Assembly: GCA_976551045.1 (NCBI GenBank)
Contig: CDPCPM010000164.1
Coordinates: 3,348,001 to 3,412,000, forward strand
DNA from: Glaucostegus cemiculus
Lineage: Eukaryota
Reading direction: 5' to 3'
DNA: 64,000 nucleotides
Shown piece by piece: positions 1 to 12,042 of this stretch. Both the position numbers and the translations under genes were made by a program. Every line of letters begins with the position of its first letter. The first letter of the stretch is position 1. The notes under the pieces are model-generated. The model made no database searches, was not told the origin of the DNA, and was given only the letters and a program-made list of their open reading frames with translations.

Positions 1-159
1 GTGTGAAAATGATGGTAACTACCCTTAATGAATCTTCATAAACACCATCACCAGTACTTTGGTTTCTCAGTACCTAGGATGGCTGTGTTCACCTTTCCTG
101 TTGGTTACTAAGCTGCATCTGGTTGAGCAACCAAACATCTGGGCTGTTAACTAATGTTG

Positions 160-350
160 GAGACACACAGACTGCAGATGGTAGAAGCTGGAGCAACACA
201 CAAAGTGCTGGAGGATCTCAGTGGGTCAGGCAGCATCTGTGGAGTGAAAGGGACAGTCAATGTTTCAGGTCAAGACCCAAAACATCAATAGTCCACTCCA
301 ATAGGTGCTGCCTGACTCACTGAGTTCCTCCAGCACACTGTGTGTTGCTA
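160..350. mobile_element. Palindromic non-autonomous Penelope-derived element with 13-bp TSD
   Basis: Inverted arms (gcaacacacaaagtgctggaggatctcagtgggtcaggcagca / tgctgcctgactcactgagttcctccagcacactgtgtgttgc); TTAACTAATGTTG is duplicated at 147-159 and 351-363. Confidence 0.85.
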
Positions 351-1289
351 TTAACTAATGTTGTCTTGTTGCTGGCCGTCTACAAAACTGGATTCTATTG
401 GCTGATGGGACAAGTGGTACAGCGGCTGTTTAAATTTCTGGAGGTTCACAGACTGTGAGATGGGCAGTTAATCTTCCTGCCAAAGATCTTGGCTTACTTG
501 ATGATGTTCTGGAACAGTCTGCCCCATTACTGACGAAGTAACGAGTCATCTTAATGGATTGGCCTAAATCCCTCAAAACTCCCAGTCTACCTTCACTGGC
601 ATTTAATAAGTTTATTTATTTGTTTACAAGACATGGATGTAGGTCGCAACAGTGGCTTTTATTATATAACCGCTCCAGAAATGAGAAAACAGTCAACCAG
701 CTTGGTGAGTCTGGTGTCACAGATGGGCCAGACTGGGTAAAGATGACCGATTTCAATCTGTCAGGATGGGTTTTCACAACATTCCTGTAGTTTTATGTTC
801 CTGCTAGTGATACTGGTCATTTTTAAGTTCCGGATTTTTAATTACTAGAATTTACATTCCCCCAGTGGCATGGGATTCGAATCCATTTCTGTGGCTCAGT
901 TGTCCAGAACTCTGGCTGCTGGTCCAGTAACTGAACTGCTATGCTAGGGTATTCCTGCAATCCAGGGTAAAGTAGATCTGTTTGCAGAATGTGTTACGAA
1001 TGCAGCTCCTGTGGCCACAAGATGTTGTCAGGCCTTGTGCTTGGGCATCCAAAGTAGTCCCAGACCTGCATCAGATTTCTCACATTTCACCACTCTTCGT
1101 GGCACATTCTCTAAAAGGCACATGCATTAAACCCATCTCCTTCTCCAAATAACTTCCAGGTATGGTGTAAAGAGGAGGCTTTATGATGACCTGACCTGCC
1201 TCATTCTCTCTGTCAAATATGCAGCAGTTCTGAGACTAAAGCTGGACTTGGTGTAAAAAGTTCCATTCTGATGCGTCATTGTAAGCCGT

Positions 1290-1860
1290 ACATTTTCACT
1301 CCTACATGGTCTTGCCTTCCCTATTCCTGTAAGCTCTTCCAACCACCCAACACACTGAGATCTACCCATTTTGGCCTGTTCTGCATCCCCGATTTCCCTC
1401 ACCACCACCACCACTGGAAGCCATGCCTTCAGCTTACCATGTGCCAAGCTCTAGAACGTTCAATCCTAAATGCCTCTACCTTTAAAAAAAATGCTTCTCA
1501 AATCCTACCACTTTGACCAAGCTTTGGACATCTGTCCTAAAACTCTGGAGACGCAAGAGACTTCAGATGCTGGAATCTGGAGCAACTCACAAAGCGCTGG
1601 AGGAACTCAGTGGGTCAGGCAGCATCAATGGAGGGGAATGGACAGTAGATGTTGTGGGTCAAGACCAGATGAAGGGTCTCAACCCAAAATGTTGACTGTC
1701 CAATTCCCTCCATAGATGCAGCCTGACCTGCAGAGATCCTCCTGTACTTTGTGTATTTGTCCTAAAACTTTGTTGTGTAGCGTGGTGCAATTGTCAGCTG
1801 ATGACACTCCTTCAAGTGCCTTCAGATACTTCTGCCACTCTGAATGCAAGTTGTTGTTGC
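1290..1860 (+). mobile_element. Degenerate L2-like LINE 3' end (split by the 1547-1757 insertion)
   Basis: ccatgccttcagct..c...gcc.aagctct.gaa..tc..tcctaaa and terminal gaatgcaagttgttgttg. Similar remnants lie at ~6620-7000, 9680-9850, 31000-31260, 40940-41320, 43530-43720 and 58080-58290. Confidence 0.55.
1547..1757. mobile_element. Palindromic non-autonomous Penelope-derived element with 12-bp TSD
   Basis: Inverted arms meet at cagatgaagggtctcaacccaaaatgttgac (hammerhead remnant); TGTCCTAAAACT is at 1533-1544 and 1758-1769. Confidence 0.85.
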
Positions 1861-3665
1861 TGCTGTCTGTAAGAAAGAGTGAAAGATGGAAGTGATATTA
1901 GTGGTGAGCCATTTAAGCAGAGAGGTGTAAACCTTTGGAATCCTCCACCTCGTGGCGGTGGATGTGTAGTCGTTGTCCACACCACCCCTACCAACAGGAA
2001 GAACAAAGGCAGCAGGCACAGGGCTGTGTGTATCAGAGTTAAACCTCTTATTCTGCACTTACATCTCAGACAGTGTGGTCCAGTCAGCAATCTGCCTGCT
2101 TTACTTGGGCCAAGTTCAAGGCCAGAGCACCCAGGTGTAATGGTTTTGGGATTGTGCAGCCTAGAGAACAGACTGCACATATCCTACAGATGTGGGAGTG
2201 TTGTGGATGTCAGGATGGCATTTATACCCTGATGCCTATGGTAATGAACTTGAACTTGAACCTGTCTCTATTTCCCCCCCCCCCCCAATGGGTTTTCAAG
2301 GATTCTCTGGCTCCTGCCCTCCTCTCCGGACAGACCCATAACCCGATCTAACACAGCTGCAGGACATTTTAATCCTACGCAAGACTGTTGAAAATATTAA
2401 TTAGTGATGCGCCCAACACAACTTGAACTCCACAAACAGCTGGGTTACTACTCTGCCAGGATTGGAATGCCTGGGGACTTTTCTGTAACTTGTACGGATG
2501 GGACTGAACTGGTTCCCACACACTCCTTTTCCTCCGGAGAGCTTTGGCAGCTTATGGAAATTGTGAGTGGATAAAGAATACTGGACGAGGTGAGATTAGG
2601 AGATGACTGTTGTTGAAGCTTCTCAAATCCATGTCTCGTTGCCTGTGAATATTTAATTTTAGGCTGCTGGAGTGCTCTTTAGTCTAGGGATGATTATTAA
2701 ATCAGTAGCCTATAATGCTCCTCTCCTGACCTCACTTGAACTAAAAGCGGTGATGCAAAGTGCTCTGCCAACTCACTGTTCAAGAAGTAACCAATTTCTA
2801 GCAGACAATTATGGATGGCCAAGAAATGCCGGTAATTCCATAACTGGGGAGAGACTTAAGATTCAACCATATTAGTGTATCTGAAGCTGCAGAGTCTGGG
2901 TAAGGATGGGACATTTCCTTTCCTGATGGCTATTAGTGAACCAGATGGGCTTTTAAGATGAGTTGTACTGCGATGGTTGCCAGTACTGATCTGATCATTT
3001 CTTTCCCCCCCAGATTTAATTAATTGAATATAAGCTGCCATGGTGGGATTCAAATTTATGTCCCTGGGTGGTCAATTAGCCTTGTAACTCTTTCCAAAAG
3101 TTTGTTTTATTAAGTCATTAAAAAGGTCTTTCCAAATCTGCATTTTTCCTGAAGAAAATTAGTGGAGCCCAGTCAGAGTAAGTGGCAATCTCTGCCAATT
3201 TGCTGATGAATACAGTGGAAACGCTGTGCAGTGGAGCGTATGGGAGCAGTTGGTGATTTCTTTATCATTACTGCCCTTTCATTATTGGGGCAATTTGATG
3301 CTTTAAATGGATAGTGAGACACCCAGGCTTTACAGAGTCCTGCACAATCTAATGGAGCCTCTTTTAATCTATGTCACAGATAACAGTCCAAACACACTTC
3401 ACAGAGGGCTCCATTATGTGTGTGTTCTCATTAAAAGAGTTCATGTCCCATTTAATTCACCAGTCTCTTTGTTTAAATCCATTAAAGGAGTAGTGTTATC
3501 TCCTCACTGGAGACATGTGGCAAGTCTCCCACTTTTATGGCTCTTCATCCAAGAATTCCTTGTTGTTAAATCAAATGACTTTTTTTGGCCCTATTAAGAT
3601 GAACGCATTCACAGCACCACCTACAATCGAGAAAGTCACTGCTTTCTCTGCTGCTGCCGCCATAG

Positions 3666-4185
3666 GATCAGAATCAGATTTATTATCACTGACTTAGATG
3701 ATGTGAAGTTTGTTGCTGTGCGGCAGCAGTACAGTGCAAAGATAATAAAATTACTATAAATTATGAAAATAAATAAATAGTGCAAAAACAAAAGGAATAA
3801 CAAGGTAGTGTTCATGGATTCATGGACTATTCAGAAATCAGATGGCGGAGGGGAAAACAATGTTCCTTAATCATTGAGTGTGGGTCTTCAGGCTCCTGTA
3901 CCTCCTCCCCGATGGTAGTAACAGGAAGAGGGCATGTCCTGGATGGTGAGGGTCCTTAGTGATGGATGCTGCCTTCTTGAGGTCCTCGATAGTGTGGGGT
4001 GGGTTGTGCCTTTGATGAAGCTGGCTGAGTCTACAGCCCTCTGCAGCCTCTTGCCATCCTGTAGATTGAAGCCTCCATACCAGGTGGTGATGCAATCAGT
4101 TAAAATGCTTTCTGAAGTACATCTACAAAAACCTATAATAGTCTATAGTGACATACCAAATCTCCTCAAACTCCTAATGAAGTGT
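3666..4185 (-). mobile_element. Rex1/Babar LINE 3' fragment
   Basis: KKAASITKDPHHPGHALFLLLPSGRRYRSLKTHTQ on the minus strand; tail ends gtgataataaatctgattctgat. Confidence 0.85.
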
Positions 4186-4894
4186 ATGTTTGACATAGTT
4201 ACTACCTCATGTAATTAAACATGTAAACATCAAAACACACATAAAAAACACTTTGAAAGAGAAATTTTAAGTGAATGCAAAATACCACAAAGTCAGGCAC
4301 TTAGCAGCAACTAAGGGTTAGCTGGAAGGCAGTTTGCTAGCTGTTTCTGTCCTAAATGCTAAATATATAATCTTTATTTAATTTACACACCTGTATTTTT
4401 TTTAATAAAGCTGACTTTATTTCAGCTTTCCCAGCTTGCATTGAGAAAGAACAAATTGCAGTCTCAACCAGTCAGTAAGCTGTAAAATAAAGCAGTGTTT
4501 TTCTCAGCCCTGAGATCTGGTAAACTCAGTCTTGAAACTAAGATTTAAAATTACCGCTTTTCATAAGTAGACATTCTGATGAAGGGTTACAGACCTGAAA
4601 CTAACTATTTCTCTCTCCGCAGATGCTGTCTCACCTGCTGAGTGTTTCCAGCGATACCTGTTTTTATTTCGGATTTCAAGCATCTGCAGTTTTTGATATT
4701 CATTTAAAATTCCAGCTACAATTGACGGCAATAACCTCCAACATTGCAGGTTGAATAGAGTTTGTCCACTCTCCAGGATTGTCCCAGAATCCCAGGGGAT
4801 TAAAAATTATTTTCCTAGACACTACCACAGAAACTTCCAGGGGAAGTTAGAGGGGCATTGAGAAAGAGTTCCATCAATTAGATATAAGATTACC

Positions 4895-5047
4895 AGAGAC
4901 ATAGACTGCAGATGCTGGAATCAACTGAGTCAGTCTGAATGAAACTGAATCAATTGAGTCCTGATGCAGGGTTTCAACCCGAAACATTGACAATTCCTTT
5001 CCTCCCACAGATGCTGCTCGACCTGAGTTCCTCCAGCAGATTGTTGC
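4895..5047. mobile_element. Penelope-derived short element with hammerhead remnant, partly inverted
   Basis: gagtc-ctgatgc-agggtttcaaccc-gaaa-cattgac; degenerate flanking duplication ataagattaccagaga / ataaaattactggaga. Confidence 0.7.
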
Positions 5048-7479
5048 ATAAAATTACTGGAGATAGGTGAAAGTACTCTTTGACTGGTGTGTGGTTGTTG
5101 GGAGGAGGCAATGTGATGTGGCTAATGGGAGTTGAAGACTGGAGCTGAATCTGATTAGAAAGAACTTTGGGGGTATATTTCCTTTTGCACATTTCTTCCC
5201 AAATTTGCTCTTTTGACCCCATTACACGCCATTTCTTCATCCAAAGCACAGGCCTTTGAAAATGACGATATCAGAAAATGCACAGCAGGTCAAGAAGAAT
5301 CTGTGCAGAGACTTCTTATGAAGGGTCTTCAACCTGAATCAGTGACTCCATGCTTGAGTGCTTCTCAGGGTTTTTACTTGTGTGTGTCAGATTTCCAGCA
5401 TCCATGCTTTATTTGATTTTCTTTCAAGATGACTGCAGGTCAAAATCTGTGAATGGCAACCCTCCCCCTGTTTACCCCTCTCCCATGAAGAAGTTACTGG
5501 GGATGTGCATGTGTAACCAGGGAGGTCTCTCTGTTGGGTCTCTCTCCAGGATACAAGGTGAGGGCAAGCAACTGTGCATGGAGAGTGAAAAATGCCAAAT
5601 TTCTTTGCTTACTATAATTAAATTTCCTTCACCTGATTGATTCAGCCACTGACAGAATTCTGAGCAATATCGTAAGCTACTTGTTAAGTAGTTTTGCCAT
5701 TGTTCATAAGATCGTTCATGTCTCAAAAAGGAAAGATATTCATGCAACCATATAATTTTGACGAGTTGGTATTTTGCAACCACAAGACGAGCAGATTGTC
5801 ATAAAGACCCGTCTGGCTCACTAACATCCTTCAGGGGAGGGGCTTGCTGTCCTACCCAGTCTGGCTTTGATATGACTGCAGACCCACCAATCTGGTTGAC
5901 TTTTCAGTTCAGGCAGATGGACAGTAACTCCTGGCATCACAAGCAGCATTATAGAACATAGAAAAACTACAGCGCAATTCAGTATCCCGTGAACATACAA
6001 TATCAATCATTCCTATTTCCTCAATCTGCCACCTCAGATCTTATTTTCAGCCCTTTTGACCAATAAGATTGTAAAGTTGATTATTCCATGTATCTTATGT
6101 TGAAGTTTGCTTAATAAATACAACCATGTACTTGACGTGTACATTATAAGATCTTGAGAGCTTTTGTAAATAATGGGATTGATAGTAATACAGTTCCGCG
6201 GTTGACATTTGTGTGGACTCTTTCTAGGTATGTATTTACATGTGGATCTTGTGACGAGATTAATGTAGGAGGATTCACAATATATACTTCATTGACTTAT
6301 TAAACTGTCTGACTCTTCCTTCCTGTTTAATGTTGAATATGGTGTTTGTGGAATCCATTTCCAGATTACTTATTTTTTCACGTTGTACAGTTCATGTATA
6401 AAACTGATTACAGATCATTGTGTTTCTAACAAATAAAACAAATGTTGAAATGATCTATGCTCAATTCAGTAGTTTTTCTCTTACCCTTGATATGTAATAC
6501 TGATGAGGATAAGGGATCAAGAATTTTTTGCAATGGGATTATGCAGTTTATTAATTAGGTTGTTTCAACAAATACATGAGCCTTTGGTTTAACTCTGCAT
6601 CCCATTATGATTTGTGAAAACTTCCTCAGCCCCTGTACTTAGCCATCTCCAATACTGGCCTTTCAACGCGGAACAGTGCAGCACAGGAACAGGCCCTTTA
6701 GTCCCTGATATTGTGCTGAACTAATTAAACTAGCAATTAAACACCTAACTAAACTAGTCCCTTCTGTTTACACAATGTCCGTATCCCTCCATTCTCTGCA
6801 CATTCACGTGCCTCTTGAGAATCCTCTGTTTACATTGGTCAGCTGTTGGTAGCTATGTATCCAGCTGCCTAACTTCTTCAATTCTCCCCCTAAACATCTC
6901 TCCTTTAAACTTCTCTTAACCCTACACTTTTGCTAAAGCTTTTGATCTTTTGTCTTCAATACCCATCGGTGTCAAGTTTTGTTTGATATTGTGTTGGGAC
7001 ATTTTACTGTGCCAACTGATACTTTGATCATGTATTTGGACATTAAAGAAGCTGTATAAATACATGTAACCATCCTGGTGTTAACTAAAACATGCACATC
7101 CCTTACAATTTCAATCCATTTCTGTTACCAAGCCGTGCAGATAATTCCATCAAGCAGTTAATGGGATGTTTTATATAGTTTGACAACAGATCAGAAAGTG
7201 CTATTTACAGTAGTCCCTGCACTGCCTTCGCTATTGGCTTCACGAGGGATGGTACTGCACATAAGAGAAAATCAAAGGGCTTCAGATTCTAGCATGTGCT
7301 GTCTCTTGTGTCTGTAATATGTATTCCTCATTCTGTCAACATTTTTTTTAATAACAGCATCATGACAATCAAATCCTGTGTGCTGACATTTCATGGGTGC
7401 TGCTCTCCTTATTAATGATCGCCACTGATACCAAATTTAGTACTCATCTGATTTTTTTTCTCCTGTCTACTGCTAAATG

Positions 7480-7850
7480 AAGTTCTAGACCATGAGAGGC
7501 ATAAATAGGATATATAGTCTTTTTTTCCAAGGAAGGGATGGCATAAGTTTAAGGTGAGAGAGGAGAATTTTAAGGGAGACCTGAGGGGAAAGATTTTCAT
7601 ACAAAAGGGTGGTAGATACATGGAATGAGCTGTCAGAGGACATAGTAGAGGTGGGTACAATTGAAATTGGAATTAGTTTATTATTGTCACATGTTCCGAG
7701 GTACAGTGAAAAACTTGTCTTGTGTACCTTTCTTACGGATCAATTCTTTACACAGTGCATTGAGGTAGTACAAGGGAAAACAATAACAGAATGCATTGAG
7801 TAGAGGCATATGGGCCTAATGAGGCCAAGTGGGATTAGTGTAGGTAATTG
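7480..7850 (+). mobile_element. CR1/HER1 3' fragment interrupted by a Rex1-type tail
   Basis: GHKFKVRGENFKGDLRGKIFIQKVVDTWNEL-type C-terminus; a Rex-type tail (~7662-7800, minus strand) is inserted in it. Confidence 0.75.
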
Positions 7851-7915
7851 GTTTATTATTATCACATGTACTAGATAGAGTGAAAACTTTGTGTGCCACC
7901 TAGACAGATCATTGC

Positions 7916-8575
7916 ATACGCCTTTACTTCCTGCGGAGACTGAGGAAGGTGAACTCCCATCCCTCAGTAATGAAAACTTTTTATAGAGGGACCATCGAGA
8001 GCATCCTATCTCACTGCATCACTGTTTGGGTTTGGGAGCTGCTCAGCTGCTGGACAGAAGTCCCTCCAGAGGATAGTGAGGGCAGTAGAGAAGATCATAG
8101 GTGTCTCTCTACCCTCCATTGCAGACATATACAGGACCGATGTTAGGAAGGCCAAAAATATAATGTTGGATCCTTCTCACCCCTCCCATCATCTCTTCAC
8201 ACTCTTGCCATCTGGAAGAAGGCTCAAATGCATCAGGGCGAGAACAACCAGGCTGTGTAATAGCTTCTTCCCACAAGCCATTAGATCTGCGAACTCCCTC
8301 ATCCCTCCATCTCTCCTGCCAACACTAAAGGATGCTAGGTGTACAGAAACGCACCAGCACTTTAAATGTCCGCTGCCAGTTCACTCATTTTAAGACTATT
8401 TAAGTTGCATAATTTAATTTAATTTTTGTGGTTCTAATGTTTTTCAGTGTCTTTCTGTCTGTGTGTCTCTTCTGTTTAATATTTAATGTGACGTGCACCT
8501 GTGGAGTACGGTATCTCACTCCTATGCATACTGTGTGTGTATATGGTTGTGACAATAAAACTGATTCTGATTCTG
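7916..8575 (+). mobile_element. Rex1/Babar LINE 3' fragment
   Basis: LYFLRRLRK..FYRGTIESILSHCITVW...DPSHPSHHLFTLLPSGRRLKCIRARTTRLCNSFFPQAIR; tail gacaataaaactgattctgattctg. Confidence 0.88.
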
Positions 8576-8588
8576 AAGTACATCGAGG

Positions 8589-8879
8589 TAAGATATCTTT
8601 ATTGGTCGCATGTACATTAAAACACACAGTGAAATGCATCTCTTGCGTGGAGTGTTCTGGGGGCAGCTCGCAAGTGTCGCCACGCTTCCAGCGCCCACAT
8701 AGTATGTCCATAACTTCCTAACCCATACGCCTTTGGAATGTGGGAGGAAACTGGAGCACCCAGAGGAAACCCACACAGACACAAGGAGAACGTACAAGCT
8801 CCTTACAGTGACTGGAATTGAACCCAGGTCGCTGGCACTGTAATAGCATTACGCTAACCGCTACACTAACGTGCCTGCC
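8589..8879 (-). mobile_element. tRNA-derived V-SINE with Rex1-type tail
   Basis: tRNA-like head (A box TAGTGTAGCGG, B box GGTTCAATTCC), V-domain (gtacgttctcc..gtgtctg.gtgggtttcctctgggtgctcc.gtttcctcccac), tail atttcactgtgtg...gtacatgcgaccaataaagatatc. Confidence 0.88.
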
Positions 8880-8890
8880 TAAAATTGTGT

Positions 8891-8961
8891 TGCATCGGCT
8901 GTGAATCGAACTTGGGCCTCCCGCGCAGCAGGCGAGAATTCTACCACTGAACCACCGATGC
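8891..8961 (-). pseudogene. tRNA-Gly(GCC)-derived pseudogene; anticodon now reads GCT and the T-stem is broken
   Basis: The minus strand reads GCATCGGTGGTTCAGTGGTAGAATTCTCGCCTGCTGCGCGGGAGGCCCAAGTTCGATTCACAGCCGATGCA (71 nt), colinear with vertebrate tRNA-Gly-GCC. The acceptor stem is intact, the T-stem CCAAG/CACAG mispairs, there is no encoded CCA, and TTTT follows 6 nt downstream. Confidence 0.85.
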
Positions 8962-9139
8962 ACATGTGATATGTGATATGTTATATGATATGAGCTTGGA
9001 TAGGAAATGAGTGGAGAGATATGGGCCAAATGCAGGCAAATAGGATCAGTGTAGATAGGCGTCATGGTCAGCATGGACAAGATGGGCCAAAGGATGTCTG
9101 TTCCTGTGACTTTGGCCTATTTCAGTTAGCACGCACGCC

Positions 9140-9425
9140 CCAGCCAGCAGCACCTTATTTCAGAATCAGAAGGCTGTGGGTTCCATAATGCTTAATCCGG
9201 GCTGACACTTCACTGCAGTAACGAGGAGGTGCTGCCCTGCAGAAGGAGCCACCTTAAGCCTAGCCTTGCCAGCAGATGGACTAGCTCCCAGACGCTGCTT
9301 GCAGACGTGCTAACACCTACCCTGCAATCACCATCACAGAAACAGATTGCCTGGCCATTTATTTCAATTCTGTTTGTTCACAGCTGTGAGCAACTTGGCT
9401 GCCGTGTTTAATCTGTGTTACCACA
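9140..9425 (+). mobile_element. Old SacSINE1/DeuSINE-like remnant
   Basis: gaatcagaaggctgtgggttc...gctgacactt..ctgcagta..gagg.gtgctgc and acagattgcctggccatttat...gcaacttggctgcc motifs recalled from DeuSINE consensus. Confidence 0.55.
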
Positions 9426-11375
9426 GTGTGCTGACAGCTTTCCTTGATGCTGATTCTTGGAACAGAAGTGACCTTCCAGCTACATCCCTTGCGGCACGGA
9501 CCCAGCTGTTGCACCGTCGACCACCTCAAGTAGTTGGAGAGTGGATGGCTGTTTATTTTCCTGCATATTTTCACCACATTACAGGGTAGAACACAGTTAA
9601 CTACAGAGAAATAGCGGTCTTCTGAGGGTTGTTGGAGCACTGCCTTGTCTGTGGTGGTTGTGTCCTCTCTGAAGGCTCTGGAATTCCCTTCGTAAACCTC
9701 CAAGCCTCTCTTGCCTCCTTTAAGTCTCCACTTAAAATCTACCCTTTGTCACCCAATATCCCTTAATGAAATTTTGTTTGACAATCTTCCAGTGAAGTGC
9801 TCCGAGATGTTCTATTATGGTTAAAGTCTTAATAAAAGGTGAACATTATTGTCATTTATATGTACAACTGCATAATATCAAAGGATGCCATTTCCTGTAA
9901 CACAACATCCTGCCTTTTAATGCAGATGACTTAATCACATGAGCTTACAGTCCCATTGCCATTACTGTCATTTTATTCACAACACCTGCCACCAGCAAAA
10001 AAATTACTGAAAACAAAATAGTGTTCTCCTAAAGCATGTGTCAGGATATATTGTACTGAATAATGCAGCTGCAATGTAAATCTCACAGCCTCCTGCAAAC
10101 ATAGTCAAGTTTGGCCTTTATAGTTCAATACGTCATCCTGACCTCATGATATGCCAAGTGAAAGTCATATAGGCTCTTGAATAAACAGCAGCCTTTATAT
10201 TCTCCACAATATACAAAATAGGCTTTCAAATGTTTTGTGTTTCCAAAAAAAGAATGCTCTTTCAACTTCTCTCAGGGTTCCACGTCACTGGTTCCTGCAG
10301 GGAACTGCACACATAAGGATGTATTCTCCAAATACATACCACAGAAAACAGTGGGAAGCAGTGGGAAACAATTAGAATACAGCCCAGAAGCCACTTCAGT
10401 ACATATATTTTTTTTGTATATCCAATTCACAGCTGTGAGTCAGGAAAGAGGACTCTCACCTCTGAATCATTGTCCCAAGATTATTGGTGGCAATAGAAAT
10501 GAAGCTGTTAGGGTTTGCTGTTGTCACTCTGTAAAACCGACAGCAACCTCTAGGGTCCACAACACACAGCTGAACATGGAAGGATGGATGTTGCTATCAG
10601 TAATACCATGGCCCTCCACAAGGGGTGCTCTTCTTGAGTTTGCAGGTGGAACCTGCAAAGAAATCACTGACTGGTAGTGAACATGGTTCTCACAATGAAG
10701 ACCAATGTAAACACCACGCTTTATTAATTAGGAGTAACTAAGGTGAGGATTGACCAGAATCCTTAGTCATAATTACTGTTGAACAACCTCTCCGGCCCTA
10801 AACAACTAACTTTACAGATTTGCAAACTCATTCCCTCAGAAGACCAATTAAAAATTGGAGGATATTTAAAACATTTTTTTCTTAAAATTTATGATGATTC
10901 AACTTCTCCCTTAGTACAATCTTCATTTCAATATTTTTAGCAATAATTACAATTGTGATTTATAAGTCCCAGCTTTTTACTTCCTGCTTTGCCGCCTGTG
11001 AACATCCTTCAGCCTGACTGGTTGAGCAGTCTGCCTGCTGTCTCCACCATCGCTGGTGCCAAAGATCTACTTCCAGCTGTGCCAGGTCAAAGTGATGTTA
11101 GGATTGAGCCAATCAACTACTACAGCCTGACCTGAGTGTGTCCAGCTCCTTGATTTAATTTCAGTTTTCCAGCAACTGCATTATTTTGGTTTTCACTAGC
11201 TTTTTAAGTGCCCTGTAACCTTTTCCTTCAATCTGGACCCACCATGTTTCTGACTTACATCAGGCTAAGTCATCCGCTGTTTTCTGTTTTCTCTCCCTCT
11301 CATTTTTCTTGAATAGTAGAAAATGCTTCCAGTCATTGAAAAGGTTTCACTGCCTTTGCCCCTGTCTCAACCCTC

Positions 11376-12042
11376 TGTTGTGGGAAAGCAGGGGGCTACC
11401 ATGTGCCACGTGTTAAGGCTAGCAGTGCACACTCCATTGTTCCTTTGTTCCCATTGTTCACCTGGTCGGAAGTGACATCACTGCCAATCACAGGTCGGGC
11501 TCCTCCCAACCATCAAGTACACTTGGGGGATTGGCCCTGAGAACTCATCTTTGTCCTTGACCTCGGACTATTGGCCGGGCCAGGTCACCCAGGTCACCCC
11601 ACCCCTTTCCAGCACCATAAAAGCACACTCACTAGCCACATTCAGTCTCTTTGCTGGTGACACCAGGGTCAAGGCCCTTATAGGTAAGAGTGTGCCGTTC
11701 TTGGGGTTTAACTGCGTGGCTAGTAGATCCCCCATAGCTTAGAGCCTTACTTGTGTAGATCAGGAGACTCAAGTACAGTAGTGTACCTTTCCTGACTGTT
11801 AATCGTGATCCCGTGTGTGTGTCTGAGAGTGTGTGTGTGTGTATTTCATTCCCTGGTGCCACCCCCTTTGTGTTTCGCGGGTATCCGAGTATGTGTGTGT
11901 GAGTGAATGTACCCCCGTTCCCGTTCATCCTGCCCTGTGTTCCGCGTCTGTAGCTTATAATAAAGTTCTCCTTGTTAGCAAACCAAACTGTGTCCAGAAT
12001 TCTTAATACTCCTAAGACCCACACAAACCATTTCTGGGAACA
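11376..12042 (+). mobile_element. Solo LTR (667 bp) of an LTR retrotransposon or ERV
   Basis: TGTT...AACA termini with a 5-bp TSD CCCTC (11371-11375 and 12043-12047). Internal CCAAT/ATTGG boxes, a TATA-like CATAAAA, an AGGTAAG donor and AATAAA near the 3' end. Confidence 0.85.

Noticed and set aside
8891-8961. Functional tRNA-Ser(GCT)
   Set aside because: The body is tRNA-Gly with no long variable arm and the T-stem cannot pair; treated as a pseudogene.
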